Assembly: GCA_042408215.1 (NCBI GenBank)
Contig: JAYFMW010000006.1
Coordinates: 1,018,659-1,082,658 of the forward strand
DNA length: 64,000 bases
DNA from: Microcoleus sp.
GTDB taxonomy: Bacteria; Cyanobacteriota; Cyanobacteriia; Cyanobacteriales; Microcoleaceae
Direction of reading: 5' to 3'
This document shows, in pieces, positions 48,866-59,997 of this stretch. The notes beneath the pieces were generated by a model that worked only from the letters and a program-made list of their open reading frames with translations, was not told where the DNA came from and ran no database searches. Every line of letters begins with the position of its first letter. Position 1 is the stretch's first letter. Position numbers and translations under genes: made by a program.

Positions 48866-50191
48866 CTAATTGGTAATTGGTAATTGCCCGGACTCCGATC
48901 GCCAACGAGAAAAACGAGTAACAGAAGCAGATTTAACAGGGACGAAACTCATCGTCCACCAGGCAATATGTGCGTATTGAGCGCAGTCAAACCAAGTGAA
49001 CGTAAAAATCAAATAAGCAATAACAACTGCCTCAATGCCACCCAGAGACGAATTCAGCGCTAAACACACATAATATCCCCAAAGTGCCATAGCAGCAAGC
49101 AGCCCTAAAATGCCAACTGATAGGGTTGTATCCAGAATCCAATTGTGAGCTTTGTAAGTAGAAATTTCTCTAGTGCTGATTTCACCTTTTATGTTAATAT
49201 AGTCGTAAGTAAACTCGTCTAAATTTACAACGATCGGAGTTACTTGAGGATTTCTGATGTAGGGATAGGCAATGCCAAAACCGTCAAATCCCCATCCAAA
49301 TAGCGGGCGTTTTTTGAGGCCACGCACTGAGAGTGTCCACATTGGCGATCGGCTAGACATGATTTGTGCGATGGTCGGTTTGCTCCAATCTAGGGGTCTG
49401 CTGACAGTCATGATGCCAATAGCGATTATGGCGATCGGAACAATTCCTACAAGGATTTTATAATATTTGCCTCTGAGCAAATAGGCACTAGCCACAATCC
49501 AAGCTAAAATAGCACTTCGGGTAGAAGTTAGCAGCAGTGCAGGAACAGTTAAAATCCAAGTAATTGCAGTTAATTTAGTTGTCGTAAATCTCCCAATCCA
49601 GCCCACAATAGTAGTAATTACTATTAATGCTAAAACTATAGCTGCATGGCCTCTGTGGGAGTACAATCCTATTGGTTGTTGTCCTTGAAAAATACTGCTG
49701 GCTAGGACATCAGCTCTGATAATTTGCCCCATTGTCGCGGTGTAGTCGATTCGCCAGTCGATGATTTGGGGGAAGATACTAAGAGAAAGAATGATGCCAC
49801 CAATTAGCAGTCCTTGGAATTGGGAATTAATGAGTTGCGGGTGTACGATTAGGAGTAAGCTGTTGCTGAGGGTGAAGGCGGCAATTAACAACCAGTAGAG
49901 CCAGCCGTCTCCCATTTGATCTTGACCGAAGAAAGAGGTTAAGGGAAAAGGACTTTGTAGAGTCGAGATAGCTCCGATTGATAGAAATATTGTCCAAAGT
50001 ATTAGCGAGATTTTCCATTGTCTGGGAATGGTTATGGCTTTTCTTTGTTCCCACAAGAGGGCGAGATTGACTCCTACTATTAGCCAAATAACGAACACTT
50101 TTGGGGAAGTCCAGATGATGCCCCGGCTGCTTCCCCAAGGGTTGATGAGGATGATGCTGAGGGCATATAGCAGGGTGTAGAGGGTTTTCAT
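48866..50191 (-). CDS. O-antigen ligase (Wzy_C)-family membrane protein
   Basis: Multi-TM protein with TSTRSA, RPLFGWGFDGF and KAHNWILD motifs. Confidence 0.85.
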   Translation of the reverse strand: MKTLYTLLYALSIILINPWGSSRGIIWTSPKVFVIWLIVGVNLALLWEQRKAITIPRQWKISLILWTIFLSIGAISTLQSPFPLTSFFGQDQMGDGWLYWLLIAAFTLSNSLLLIVHPQLINSQFQGLLIGGIILSLSIFPQIIDWRIDYTATMGQIIRADVLASSIFQGQQPIGLYSHRGHAAIVLALIVITTIVGWIGRFTTTKLTAITWILTVPALLLTSTRSAILAWIVASAYLLRGKYYKILVGIVPIAIIAIGIMTVSRPLDWSKPTIAQIMSSRSPMWTLSVRGLKKRPLFGWGFDGFGIAYPYIRNPQVTPIVVNLDEFTYDYINIKGEISTREISTYKAHNWILDTTLSVGILGLLAAMALWGYYVCLALNSSLGGIEAVVIAYLIFTFTWFDCAQYAHIAWWTMSFVPVKSASVTRFSRWRSESGQLPITN

Positions 50192-50196
50192 TACTC

Positions 50197-52044
50197 TTAA
50201 TTTTTTCTATTTTTAAGTCTTTTAATTACAGGCAATATAGCTAGGGCTAATAAAGTTCCTAATCCGGTGGTTGGTTCGGGAACGGCTTCTGCCGAGAGTG
50301 CATCGTCGTCGGTGTTTTCACCTGAGACTTTTGGAGTTTTTGCGGTGAGAGTATCGTCAAGATACGATAGTTCTGGGTCTTCAAGTAAGTCGGCACTGAT
50401 GCCTGCTAAATCTACTTCGTTATAATTGTTATCCTCTGAAGATAGTTCTGGGTCTTCGAGTAAATCGGCACTGATGCTTCCGATATCTGCATTATTTTCG
50501 TCGTTGTCTGTTGATGATAATTCTGAGTCTTCAAGTAATTCGCTGCTGATGCCGGCTAAATTTACTTGGTTTGCGTTGCTGTCTGTTGATGATAGTTCTG
50601 GGTCTTCAAGTAAGTCGCTGCTGATGTTGGCTAAATTTACTTGGTTTTCGTTGCTGTCTGTTGATGATAGTTCTGGATTTTCTAGTAAATCACGACTGAC
50701 GTCAGCCAAGTTCGCATTGTTCAAACTATTGTCAGTTGATGATAATTCTGAGTCTTCGAGTAAGTCGCTGCTGATTGCTGTTAAGTAGTCAGTGTTAGCT
50801 TTGCTACTGCTCTCAAAAAGTGAGCTTTTTCGCAAGTTCGAGACATTAGCGTTTGGTATCCAAGAACTGGGAACCGCCTGAATCGGACGCCCGCCCCGAC
50901 TCGGTGCTGGTGCTGGGGCTGGACGGGGTGCTGGTGCTGGACGCGGGCTGGGTGCTGGCGCTGGACGTGGGGCGGGTGCTGGCGCTGGGCGTGGGCTGGG
51001 TGCTGGTGCTGGACGCGGGCTGGGTGCTGGCGCTGGGCGTGGGCTGGGTCGAGGTGTTGGCGATGGTGTTGGTGATGGTGATACTGCTACGTAGCCTATT
51101 CCACCGCCGCCGCTAGCACTACTACGGACAAAGTTAGGTTCACCTAAGTTGGGTATCTTAGGTATGGATGGGAAGGGGATGGGCAACGGGATTGGGTTTG
51201 GAGTTGGAGCTGGAACCGGAACGGGAGCGGGTACTGGTTGTTTGCGACGACGTGTTACTTTATTTTTCCAGCCCCATCTGACCCCGTTATAAATTGTTAC
51301 GTTCGTTTCCGTAATAGTTGGTAGTCCGTTTTTATCTTTTCTCCTGAATGTCTCTATGTCGGCTAAGTAAGCTTCAGCAAACCAATAATGCTCGTTTAAG
51401 GGATCATCTCTATAGCTTCTATCTGTCAATCTTTCGGTACTTCCTGGATAGAAAGGGGTGTTTTCACGGCCTACATTGTCAAGGTATTTTGACACTTTAT
51501 TATCATGTTCCTTCACATGAGCCGGGTGGTTGGTGTTTACCCACTGAATCCAACGAAGGTCTCGTGTTGTATCACCTCTACCTCGCCGGTAATTCAACTC
51601 AATCCCAGCTCCCACTCCGGTTGAAACAGGTGGATTAGGTGTTGTTACATTTGGTAAATTAGGATATTTACAGGGAATTTTAAAAGTACAAGCATAATAG
51701 TTTAATACTTCTACATTTCCTCTTAAGTCTTTATCCGCTTTAGTAAAATTCCAAATCTGTGTACGACCGGAATTATTATAAGCTGATATCCTATAAGCCT
51801 CTAGCAGATTTTGCAAAGTTATCGTCCCGCCACGTGGCATTTCTGTTATTTTATATGGCTCCAGTCTGGTGTTGATAGTTATTTCTTCATTCCCTTGCAT
51901 ATAAGTGATAGACTGAGTTGGAAGGTATAAATCTCGCGCTCCTTTTGCTGCAAAACTGAGGCTGAAACCCATAGCCTCTTGACTCGTGAATGCAACTAAC
52001 AAGGGTGTTGCTAAAAACATTACGATCGTTTGTGTGGTCGCCAT
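50197..52044 (-). CDS. PEP-CTERM surface protein with Pro-rich and acidic repeats
   Basis: Signal peptide, variable domain, PSPRPAPA repeats, 24-aa acidic repeats, VPEPTT-hydrophobic-KRLKNRKN tail. Confidence 0.9.
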   Translation of the reverse strand: MATTQTIVMFLATPLLVAFTSQEAMGFSLSFAAKGARDLYLPTQSITYMQGNEEITINTRLEPYKITEMPRGGTITLQNLLEAYRISAYNNSGRTQIWNFTKADKDLRGNVEVLNYYACTFKIPCKYPNLPNVTTPNPPVSTGVGAGIELNYRRGRGDTTRDLRWIQWVNTNHPAHVKEHDNKVSKYLDNVGRENTPFYPGSTERLTDRSYRDDPLNEHYWFAEAYLADIETFRRKDKNGLPTITETNVTIYNGVRWGWKNKVTRRRKQPVPAPVPVPAPTPNPIPLPIPFPSIPKIPNLGEPNFVRSSASGGGGIGYVAVSPSPTPSPTPRPSPRPAPAPSPRPAPAPSPRPAPAPAPRPAPAPSPRPAPAPRPAPAPAPSRGGRPIQAVPSSWIPNANVSNLRKSSLFESSSKANTDYLTAISSDLLEDSELSSTDNSLNNANLADVSRDLLENPELSSTDSNENQVNLANISSDLLEDPELSSTDSNANQVNLAGISSELLEDSELSSTDNDENNADIGSISADLLEDPELSSEDNNYNEVDLAGISADLLEDPELSYLDDTLTAKTPKVSGENTDDDALSAEAVPEPTTGLGTLLALAILPVIKRLKNRKN

Positions 52045-52129
52045 TATGTATCCTCAATCAGTTATGTTTATACGAAGTGCTAATTATTGTTAATCCTAAT
52101 TAGTTTCATTTTCACTTTGTGGTTACTGG

Positions 52130-52708
52130 TTACACTATGCAAAACTCTATGAAAGGGGTAACAATTTGCCCCAGCCATACCATTTCCCAACACAGTTTAT
52201 CTATTAACTCCTCATAGTATTTTACTGCCCCATTAGTTACTTCGTATTTGAATCTAATCGAATAAGTTCCCGTAGATGGTAGATGAAATTTCCAATATTC
52301 ACGGTTGGTAAAAGGCATAAAAAGCATTAAATCTCTATCCTGCTTTCTTTTTATTTTTGGATATTTTCGCTCCCAATAACACTGAGCGGTTTGAGAAAAA
52401 GTTACAGACTTTCCCGGCATAGTTAAGTGAAGATCGGATTCGTCAGGTACTCCTACTCCATCTGCCTGATAACCAGGATTAATATTTTGACCATCTGATG
52501 TTATAATTTCTGGAAGAAATTGGAAAAAACTAAAATAATATGGAGTTGAAGTATTGTTAGTGATGGAAAAACCTAACACTACAGATGTATGATCGTCTTG
52601 GTTAGTTCTTTTTATCGGGACAATCCACAGACGGTTTGACAGGATTGTTTCAAACCGGACGCCATCAACTTCAACGGCATTGTTGTCACTTGATTCTCCT
52701 ATGGTCAT
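52130..52708 (-). CDS. Hypothetical protein, single copy of the AVEVDG…TPF.EF domain
   Basis: Paralog of 57492-58061 and of the domains in the 447/425-aa proteins; GGAGG RBS. Confidence 0.75.
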   Translation of the reverse strand: MTIGESSDNNAVEVDGVRFETILSNRLWIVPIKRTNQDDHTSVVLGFSITNNTSTPYYFSFFQFLPEIITSDGQNINPGYQADGVGVPDESDLHLTMPGKSVTFSQTAQCYWERKYPKIKRKQDRDLMLFMPFTNREYWKFHLPSTGTYSIRFKYEVTNGAVKYYEELIDKLCWEMVWLGQIVTPFIEFCIV

Positions 52709-53071
52709 GATGCTTGTCCTCCTTATTGCTTTATCCTAAGAGTGTGGCAGTAGCACGCTGATTTAAAACAAGTTTGCTGAGATTATTTCCAAAGATTATC
52801 ACAGCACAAATGCTGACCACATCCGAAAAATTACTGAATTGAGTGAGATCCAGAGAACGCAATCAAATTTTACCCAGTAATATTAGTTATGCCTAAAGGA
52901 AGATTTCAGAGAAAATCTTGACTTCTGTAGCTAAAAAGTTTCAATGGATACTGTTTTTTGTGGGAAAGTAGTAAACTAAAAACCGAAAAAAATACCTCAT
53001 GTCCCTCTGGATTACCGAACAATCAGCGAAAAAACCAGAACCACACCGCCTTGAATCATTCCTCATTCATT

Positions 53072-54358
53072 TCAGGGCTGGACTATGCTGAATTCAACAA
53101 AGGGAGTATCCACCCACCCAGTCCAAACTTTTTCTATTGGCCGACTTTCAATCGACTCCCCAGCAAGATTTTTCTTCGGTATGGTATCACTCGTATTGTA
53201 ATACTGGAAGCGGAAGTGATATATACCTGGCTTGAGTTGGTCAAAAGAGCATGAGCCACCATATCCGCTAGAGACACCAAGCGAAAATTGGCTATGGTTA
53301 GTCCAGAAGAGGCTGATATCTGGAAAAAATGTCAGACTTTTTCCAGGTGTGACTAACAGAAAGTCAGATTCTTCAGGCCCTCTCATCCAGTCGTTAGCAT
53401 AGCCTCTTCGCTGTACCTGACCATCTGGCATTATAAGTTCAGGGTAAAAACTGCCATAAAAGCTGAAGTAAAATGGGGTTGGTGTGTTGTTGGTAATCCG
53501 CATACCAATCTGTACAGATTGGTATGAATTGTCACTCTGATTTGGCAGAGTTAACAATGGCTCTGGTATAAAAGTTTCAAAACGAATACCATCTACTTCC
53601 ACGGCGCTGTTATTCAATCCCACAGGTTGAAGTAGGCGAAAATTAGCGAAGGGAGTTACCAACTGACCTGTCCCAGTTACTTCTATTCTCTCTAGAGGTA
53701 CTTCTTTTCCCTCTAGTAGTTCTTTAATATTAAAAACAGTGAAGGGATTTGTGTATACTATTGTCCCCGTCGGAGTTTCATAAGTGAATCGAACCTGATA
53801 TTCCCCAGACCCAAGAGTATCAAAAGACCAAAATTTATCTAGATCAATAGGGCTTTCATCGTAGGTGGGGCGATGTAATATCAGTTGAAGTAAATTATTT
53901 TGCCAAGACAGTCTTCCCTCCATAGAGGTGGATATCTGCTTTCTGACCCCAACTAACGAGCCATGATATTCTCCGTTCCCAACTTGCCTATTTATCGGTT
54001 CTCTTCGGTGCAGTGCTTGACCATCTGGCCCGAATATTTCTGGAATTAAAGCATCATAATCTATAGCCAAGGGAATAGGGGCTGGTGTATTATTAGTCAG
54101 GCTGACAGTAAAGCTGAATTCAGCAGTGATACCGGGCTTGTTTTCGGGGATAGATAGTGCCACAATTTCTGGCAATTCCACTTTCAGTTGGAGGCCATCT
54201 TGTTTAACGTTATTGCTGCGCTTAGATTTTCTAGATGCCATGTTTGTTACCTTTTCAACTTTTGAATTTTCATTGCCAACAGCTTGTATACTTCCATAGG
54301 TTATTACCAGGAGCGCCGAAATTACTAAAGCAAATAAAAACAGCAAAAAATACTTCAT
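53072..54358 (-). CDS. Exported protein with two tandem copies of the same domain
   Basis: MKYFLLFLFAL signal/anchor; two …TNNT.TP…PE…DGQ…G.Y..RF.Y…TPF repeats. Confidence 0.75.
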   Translation of the reverse strand: MKYFLLFLFALVISALLVITYGSIQAVGNENSKVEKVTNMASRKSKRSNNVKQDGLQLKVELPEIVALSIPENKPGITAEFSFTVSLTNNTPAPIPLAIDYDALIPEIFGPDGQALHRREPINRQVGNGEYHGSLVGVRKQISTSMEGRLSWQNNLLQLILHRPTYDESPIDLDKFWSFDTLGSGEYQVRFTYETPTGTIVYTNPFTVFNIKELLEGKEVPLERIEVTGTGQLVTPFANFRLLQPVGLNNSAVEVDGIRFETFIPEPLLTLPNQSDNSYQSVQIGMRITNNTPTPFYFSFYGSFYPELIMPDGQVQRRGYANDWMRGPEESDFLLVTPGKSLTFFPDISLFWTNHSQFSLGVSSGYGGSCSFDQLKPGIYHFRFQYYNTSDTIPKKNLAGESIESRPIEKVWTGWVDTPFVEFSIVQP

Positions 54359-54380
54359 CACCCTCTCAATTATCAAAGAA

Positions 54381-54674
54381 TCAGCGGAAAAACCAGAACC
54401 ACACCGCGGCACCAATTATCATCAGCCAAAATAATTTCCTCCAACTCCCACTCGACTCTCCGGGATGTTCAACGAAAGTATACTTGTAATATCCCAACAC
54501 AGGTTGACAATCATTCTTTTGTGGTGGGGGAGTCGCCCAAGAATGAGAAGGTTTTGACCAATAATCGTCTGGCGTACTCCGCAGTCTACTGGGCAGATCA
54601 CCGTAAGTTAAATTCAGCTTTGAACGAGGAGGTAAGCGTTCTTGGGGAGCAAGTTCCTTCTGCGTTACCTGCAC
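54381..54674 (-). CDS. Small protein with C-terminal TM helix (start uncertain, may be degraded)
   Basis: Ends WLMIIGAAVWFWFFR; duplicated at 59704-59997. Confidence 0.45.
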   Translation of the reverse strand: MQVTQKELAPQERLPPRSKLNLTYGDLPSRLRSTPDDYWSKPSHSWATPPPQKNDCQPVLGYYKYTFVEHPGESSGSWRKLFWLMIIGAAVWFWFFR

Positions 54675-55300
54675 AAACTCCGACTTCAGTTCCCTGGTGC
54701 GATGGGGCCCAATTGTGCGACTGCAACTGATACAAAACTAATTGCTAGCCAGCTTGAGAGGGTGAGGACAGTGAGATTTGTCGCAGTAATGTTTTTCGCC
54801 GTAGTTCATAACTATGCCTTGGATTTCCCCGAGCAATGAATTGATAGCTAACACTTGAACTGATGTAATAAAATTAGCATGACTCTTTGGAGCTGGATAC
54901 AGGGTTTATACTGAGTTTTTTGGAATTCACATGGTCTCCGAAACTTAGCCTCAACTAGAGATTTCTCTGTTACAAAAAAGTTAACTTTACACAATCTTTA
55001 CAAAAGAGATAAATTTTCGAGTTCCGGCGTTTCGGATCAGTTGTTGTCAAAAGCGTCAAGAGGACTGCTGGAAATGAAATTGGCACTGTGGCACACAAGC
55101 TAACTTTACACAATCTTCACAAAAGAGAGAAATTGTGTCAAGTTAACACTTATGTAAGTGAATTAGCGCAGGCAATTCCAAATTATTTGTCAAATAAAGT
55201 TAATCATCAAGCGGACGCTATTCTTAAACTGTCTATTTTGGGTGTAATCTTAGTAATCAAGTATTGCTGAGGGCATATAGCAGGGTGTAGAGGGTTTTCA

Positions 55301-57380
55301 TTACTCTTGGTTTTTCCGGTTCTTGAGTCTTTTAATTACAGGCAATACAGAAGCGGCTAATAAAGTTCCTAATCCGGTGGTTGGTTCGGGCACAGCTTCT
55401 GCGGAGAGGGCATCGTCGTCGGTATTTTTTAGATGAGACTTTTGGAATTTCTGCGGTGAGAGTATCGTCAAAATACGATAGTTCTGGGTCTTCAAGTAAG
55501 TCGGCACTGATGCCTGCTAAATCTACTTGGTTAGAATTGTTATCCTCTGAAGATAGTTCTGGGTCTTCGAGTAAATCGGCACTGATGCTTCCGATATCTG
55601 CATTATTTTCGTCGTTGTCTGTTGATGATAATTCTGGGTCTTCAAGTAATTCGCTGCTGATGCCGGCTAAATTTACTTGGTTTTCGTTGCTGTCTGTTGA
55701 TGATAGTTCTGGGTCTTCAAGTAAGTCGCTGCTGATGCTGGCTAAATTTACTTGGTTTTCGTTGCTGTCTGTTGATGATAGTTCTGGATTTTCTAGTAAA
55801 TCACGACTGACGCCAGCTACGTTCGCATTGTTCAAACTATTGTCAGTTGATGATAATTCTGGGTCTTCGAGTAAGTCGCTGCTGATTGCTGTTAAGTAGT
55901 CAGTGTTAGCTTTGCTACGGCTCTCAAAAAGTGAGCTTTTTCGCAAGTTCGAGACATTAGCGTTTGGTATCCAAGAACTGGGAACTGCCTGAATCGGACG
56001 CCGGCCCGGACGCGGGCTGGGTGCTGGCGCTGGACGCGGGCTGGGTGCTGCCGCTGGGCGTGGGCTGGGTGCTGGCGCTGGGCGTGGGCTGGGTGCTGGT
56101 GCTGGACGCGGGCTGGGTGCTGGCGCTGGGCGTGGGCTGGGTGCTGGCGCTGGGCGTGGGCTGGGTGCTGGTGCTGGACGCGGGCTGGGTGCTGGCGCTG
56201 GACGCGGGCTGGGTGCTGGCGCTGGACGCGGGCTGGGTGCTGGCGCCGGACGCGGGCTGGGTGCTGGCGCCGGACGTGGGCTGGGTGCTGGCGCTGGACG
56301 CGGACTGGGTGCTGGCGCTGGGCGTGGGCTGGGTGCTGGCGCTGGGCGTGGGCTGGGTGCGGGCGCTGGCGATGGTGAGGGTGTTGGCGATGGTGATACT
56401 GCTACACAGCCTATGCCGCCGCCACCGCTGCTGCTGCTGGCGACAATAGCGCTACCGCTTTTAGTAAGCAAACCAGGTGGTGGTGGACAATATTCTTCTG
56501 GAACTGGAACTGGAACTGGGGTTGGCTTTGGAACAGGAGCGGGGACGGGCACTGGTTGTTTGCGACGTGTTATTATATTTTTCCAACCCCATCTGACCCC
56601 GTTATAAATTGTTACGTCTCCAACAGTTCGATTACCAATTCTTCTCGTTGCAGTCTCTTCAACAAGGTATAATTCAGCAAACCAATAATGGTTGTTCAAT
56701 AGATCGCTCCTGAAAGGTCGGTCTATAAAGAAGTTTTCGCCAGCAGCATCAGTACCAGTGTCATAGTACGGAGTTGTGCTGTTGTTACGACCAATATCAA
56801 TAACATCCTCAAGACGGCCATGATAGCGTGGAGCTGGCAGATCTTTATCATGGTTGCTAACTACCCGCTGAATCCAATGAAGTTTACTATTTCTAGGATT
56901 GGGATCTGAACTTTTCGGATGATATTTTAGGTCAAAAAAAGCTCCTACTGTATTTAATGGTGCATCAGTGAGTTTCTCTTTGCCACACTCAGTCTGAGCA
57001 CCACAGGCGTAGTAATTTATTATGCTCAAACTGCCATTTAAATCATTTTTTGCTTTTTTAAAGTTCCAGCCTAATTTTTGATACGGTCGCAGAGCATTGT
57101 ACAATCCTGGCGTCCCACCTCGTTTGAGGTTAGTAACTGCCCCCGGAGTATCCAGCCATGTGGGAGGATAGAAAGTAGTTCTTGTGTCTAGACTTGCCAA
57201 TCCTTGAAAGTCATTGGGACTTCCTACATAGTAGTTAGCTAAGGCATTATAACTATTTGTGGCATTTTTCCCTCCTCTAGTTTCTTCTGGGATAATATTG
57301 AACGCAACACTTGCTCTATCCGTTAATGAAAACAACAAAGTTGTTGCTAATAAAAGTTTAGGCCATTGTCGTGATTGCAT
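55301..57380 (-). CDS. Second PEP-CTERM protein, with the sorting signal out of frame
   Basis: ORF stops at 55332. The VPEPTT tail is in another frame (to 55301) after an A6 run at 55425-55430. Confidence 0.8.
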
Positions 57381-57491
57381 TTTTACATCGACTCCTTTCT
57401 GAATAACTTATTTAAGATGATGCAGAATTATTTCAAATGAAATAGAAGGTAATTCCTGAGAGACAGATAGCAACTTGGCTAAAGTTTAATT

Positions 57492-58061
57492 TTATGGTTT
57501 AACTAGGTGTAACTCTACAAAGGGAGTATCCACCCTCCCGAACCAAACCTGTTCTAATAATTTTTGTTCAATTTCTTGCTGGCGATAAATAATTTCACCT
57601 CTAGGATCAAAAATCTTTTGATACCTGAAACGAAATTGATATCTCCCTGGTTTTACTGTGTCAGAGCCCCAAATACTACCATCTCCATAATCTATGCTTA
57701 GCGATGCTCCATAGCCTTCGATCCAAAAAAGGACAGTAATTGGAAAGAAAGTCACACTTTCTCCTGGCAAGGCTAAAAGAAAATCCGATGCCGATGGCCC
57801 TCTAACGCAATTACTAGCTCTACCCCACTCTATTATTTGACCGTCCGGTTCCAGCAGTTCTGGAATTAATGTTGTATATCCAGTGAAATAAAGAGGGTTC
57901 GGAGTAGCATTGGTAATTTTCATCCCTAACTCTACAGAGGTATAACCATTTGAATTAGCTTTTTTTACGGGGATACTCAATACGGGGTTTGACAGGATTG
58001 TTTCAAACCGGATGCCATCTACTTCAACGGCATTGTTGTCACTTGATTCTCCTATGGTCAT
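57492..58061 (-). CDS. Hypothetical protein, paralog of 52130-52708
   Basis: Near-identical first 25 aa, divergent remainder. Confidence 0.75.
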   Translation of the reverse strand: MTIGESSDNNAVEVDGIRFETILSNPVLSIPVKKANSNGYTSVELGMKITNATPNPLYFTGYTTLIPELLEPDGQIIEWGRASNCVRGPSASDFLLALPGESVTFFPITVLFWIEGYGASLSIDYGDGSIWGSDTVKPGRYQFRFRYQKIFDPRGEIIYRQQEIEQKLLEQVWFGRVDTPFVELHLVKP

Positions 58062-58425
58062 GATGCTTGTCCTCCTTATTGCTTTATCCTAAGAGTGTGG
58101 CAGTAGCACGCTGATTTAAAACAAGTTTGCTGAGATTATTTCCGAATTTTATCACAGCACAAATGCTGACCACAATCCTAAGATTTACTGACTTTAGTAA
58201 CATCCAGAGAAGGAAATCAAATTTTACCCAGTAATATTAGTTATGCCTCAAGGAAGATTTAAGATAAAATCTTGACTCAGGTAGCTAAAAAGTTTCAATG
58301 GATACTGTTTTTCGTGGGAAAGTAGTAAACTAAAAACCGAAAAAAACACCTCATGTCCCTCTGGATTACCGAACAATCAGCGAAAAAACCAGAACCACAC
58401 CGCCTTGAATCATTCCTCATTCATT

Positions 58426-59676
58426 TCAAGGCTGGACTATGCTGAATTCAACAAAGGGAGTATCCACCCACCCAGTCCAAACTTTTTCTATTGGCCGACT
58501 TTCAATCGACTCCCCAGCAAGATTTTTCTTCGGTATGGTATCACTCGTATTGTAATACTGGAAGCGGAAGTGATATATACCTGGCTTGAGTGAGTCAAAA
58601 GGGCAATAACCACCATATCCATTAGTAACAAGAAGGGAAAAGTTGTCGCGCTTCCTCAAAGACAGGGTGATGCTTGGAAAGAATGTCATACTCTTTCCAG
58701 GTGTGACTAACAGAAAATCAGATTCTTCAGGCAATCTCATCCAGTCGCTATTATAGCCTCCCCGCTCTACCTGACCATCTGGCATTACAAGGTCTGGAGT
58801 AAAAGTGGCATAAAAGCTGAAGTAAAATGGGGTTGGCGTGTTGTTGGTAATCCGCATACCAATCTGTACAGAACTTTCTGCATTGCGCCTCTTGTTGAGC
58901 ACAGTTAACAACTGCTCCGGCATCAAGGTTTCAAAATGAATGCCATCAACTTCCACTGCATTGTTATTAAATCCAACAGGTTGAATTAGGCGAAGATTAG
59001 CGAAGGGAGTTGTCAACTTACCTGTCTCGATTACTTCTATTATCTTTTCTTGTCCAGTTTGTGGGTCTAAGCAAAAGACATTCCCAACAGGGCTGTCATA
59101 AGAGAATCGAACCTGATATTCCCCAGACCCAAGAGTATCAAAAGACCAAGAGTTATCGAAATTAGTAGGAATTTGCCAGTAGTCTGGGCTATTAGGTACT
59201 ACGAGTTGAAGTAAGTTATTCTGCCAAGAGAGTCTTGCGTCCAAAGAGATGCCTATTTGTTCTCCGACCCCAAGTAATACACAATCATATTTGCCAACCC
59301 CAACTTGCCGATTTTTCGGTTCTTTTCGGTGCAGTGCTTGACCATCAGACCCGACAATTTCTGGTATTAAAGCGCCAGAGATTCTGAAGGGAATTGAGGT
59401 TTGTGTATTATTGGTAACGACAACAGCAAGCTTTACTGGAGCCGTGGCATTGGGCTTGTTTTCTGGGATGGCTAGTGCAATAATTTGTGGCTCTCTGATT
59501 TCAAGTAGGAGGCCATCTTGTTTAACTTTATTGCTGTTATTCGATCCTTGAGATGTCATGTTTGCTATCCTTCCAACTCTTGAATGTTTATTTCCAACTG
59601 CTTCTCTACTCCCATAGGTTATTACCACGATCGCCGAAATTACTAAAGCCAATAAAAACCGCAAAAAATACTTCAT
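58426..59676 (-). CDS. Exported two-domain protein, paralog of 53072-54358
   Basis: Identical last approx 50 aa, divergent core. Confidence 0.75.
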   Translation of the reverse strand: MKYFLRFLLALVISAIVVITYGSREAVGNKHSRVGRIANMTSQGSNNSNKVKQDGLLLEIREPQIIALAIPENKPNATAPVKLAVVVTNNTQTSIPFRISGALIPEIVGSDGQALHRKEPKNRQVGVGKYDCVLLGVGEQIGISLDARLSWQNNLLQLVVPNSPDYWQIPTNFDNSWSFDTLGSGEYQVRFSYDSPVGNVFCLDPQTGQEKIIEVIETGKLTTPFANLRLIQPVGFNNNAVEVDGIHFETLMPEQLLTVLNKRRNAESSVQIGMRITNNTPTPFYFSFYATFTPDLVMPDGQVERGGYNSDWMRLPEESDFLLVTPGKSMTFFPSITLSLRKRDNFSLLVTNGYGGYCPFDSLKPGIYHFRFQYYNTSDTIPKKNLAGESIESRPIEKVWTGWVDTPFVEFSIVQP

Positions 59677-59703
59677 AATTTCGCCCCCTGAATTACCGGA
59701 CAA

Positions 59704-59997
59704 TCAACGGAAAAACCAGAACCACACCGCGGCACCAATTATCATCAGCCAAAATAATTTCCTCCAACTCCCACTCGACTCTCCGGGATGTTCAACGAAA
59801 GTATACTTGTAATATCCCAATACACGCTGAAAATCATTCTTTTGTGGTGGGGGAGTCGCCCAAGAATGAGAAGGTTTTGACCCATAATTTTCTGGCATAC
59901 TCCGCCGTCTGCTGGGGAGATAACCGTAAGTTAAATTCAGCTTTGAACGAGGAGGTAAGCGTTCTTGGGGAGCAAGTTCCTTCTGCGTTACCTGCAC
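59704..59997 (-). CDS. Small protein with C-terminal TM helix (copy 2)
   Basis: Near-identical to 54381-54674. Confidence 0.45.
   Translation of the reverse strand: MQVTQKELAPQERLPPRSKLNLTYGYLPSRRRSMPENYGSKPSHSWATPPPQKNDFQRVLGYYKYTFVEHPGESSGSWRKLFWLMIIGAAVWFWFFR

Noticed and set aside
55381..56449. Plus-strand ORFs with GWVLAL and SSSKS repeats (also 50426-51116)
   Set aside because: Antisense shadows of the repetitive PEP-CTERM genes.
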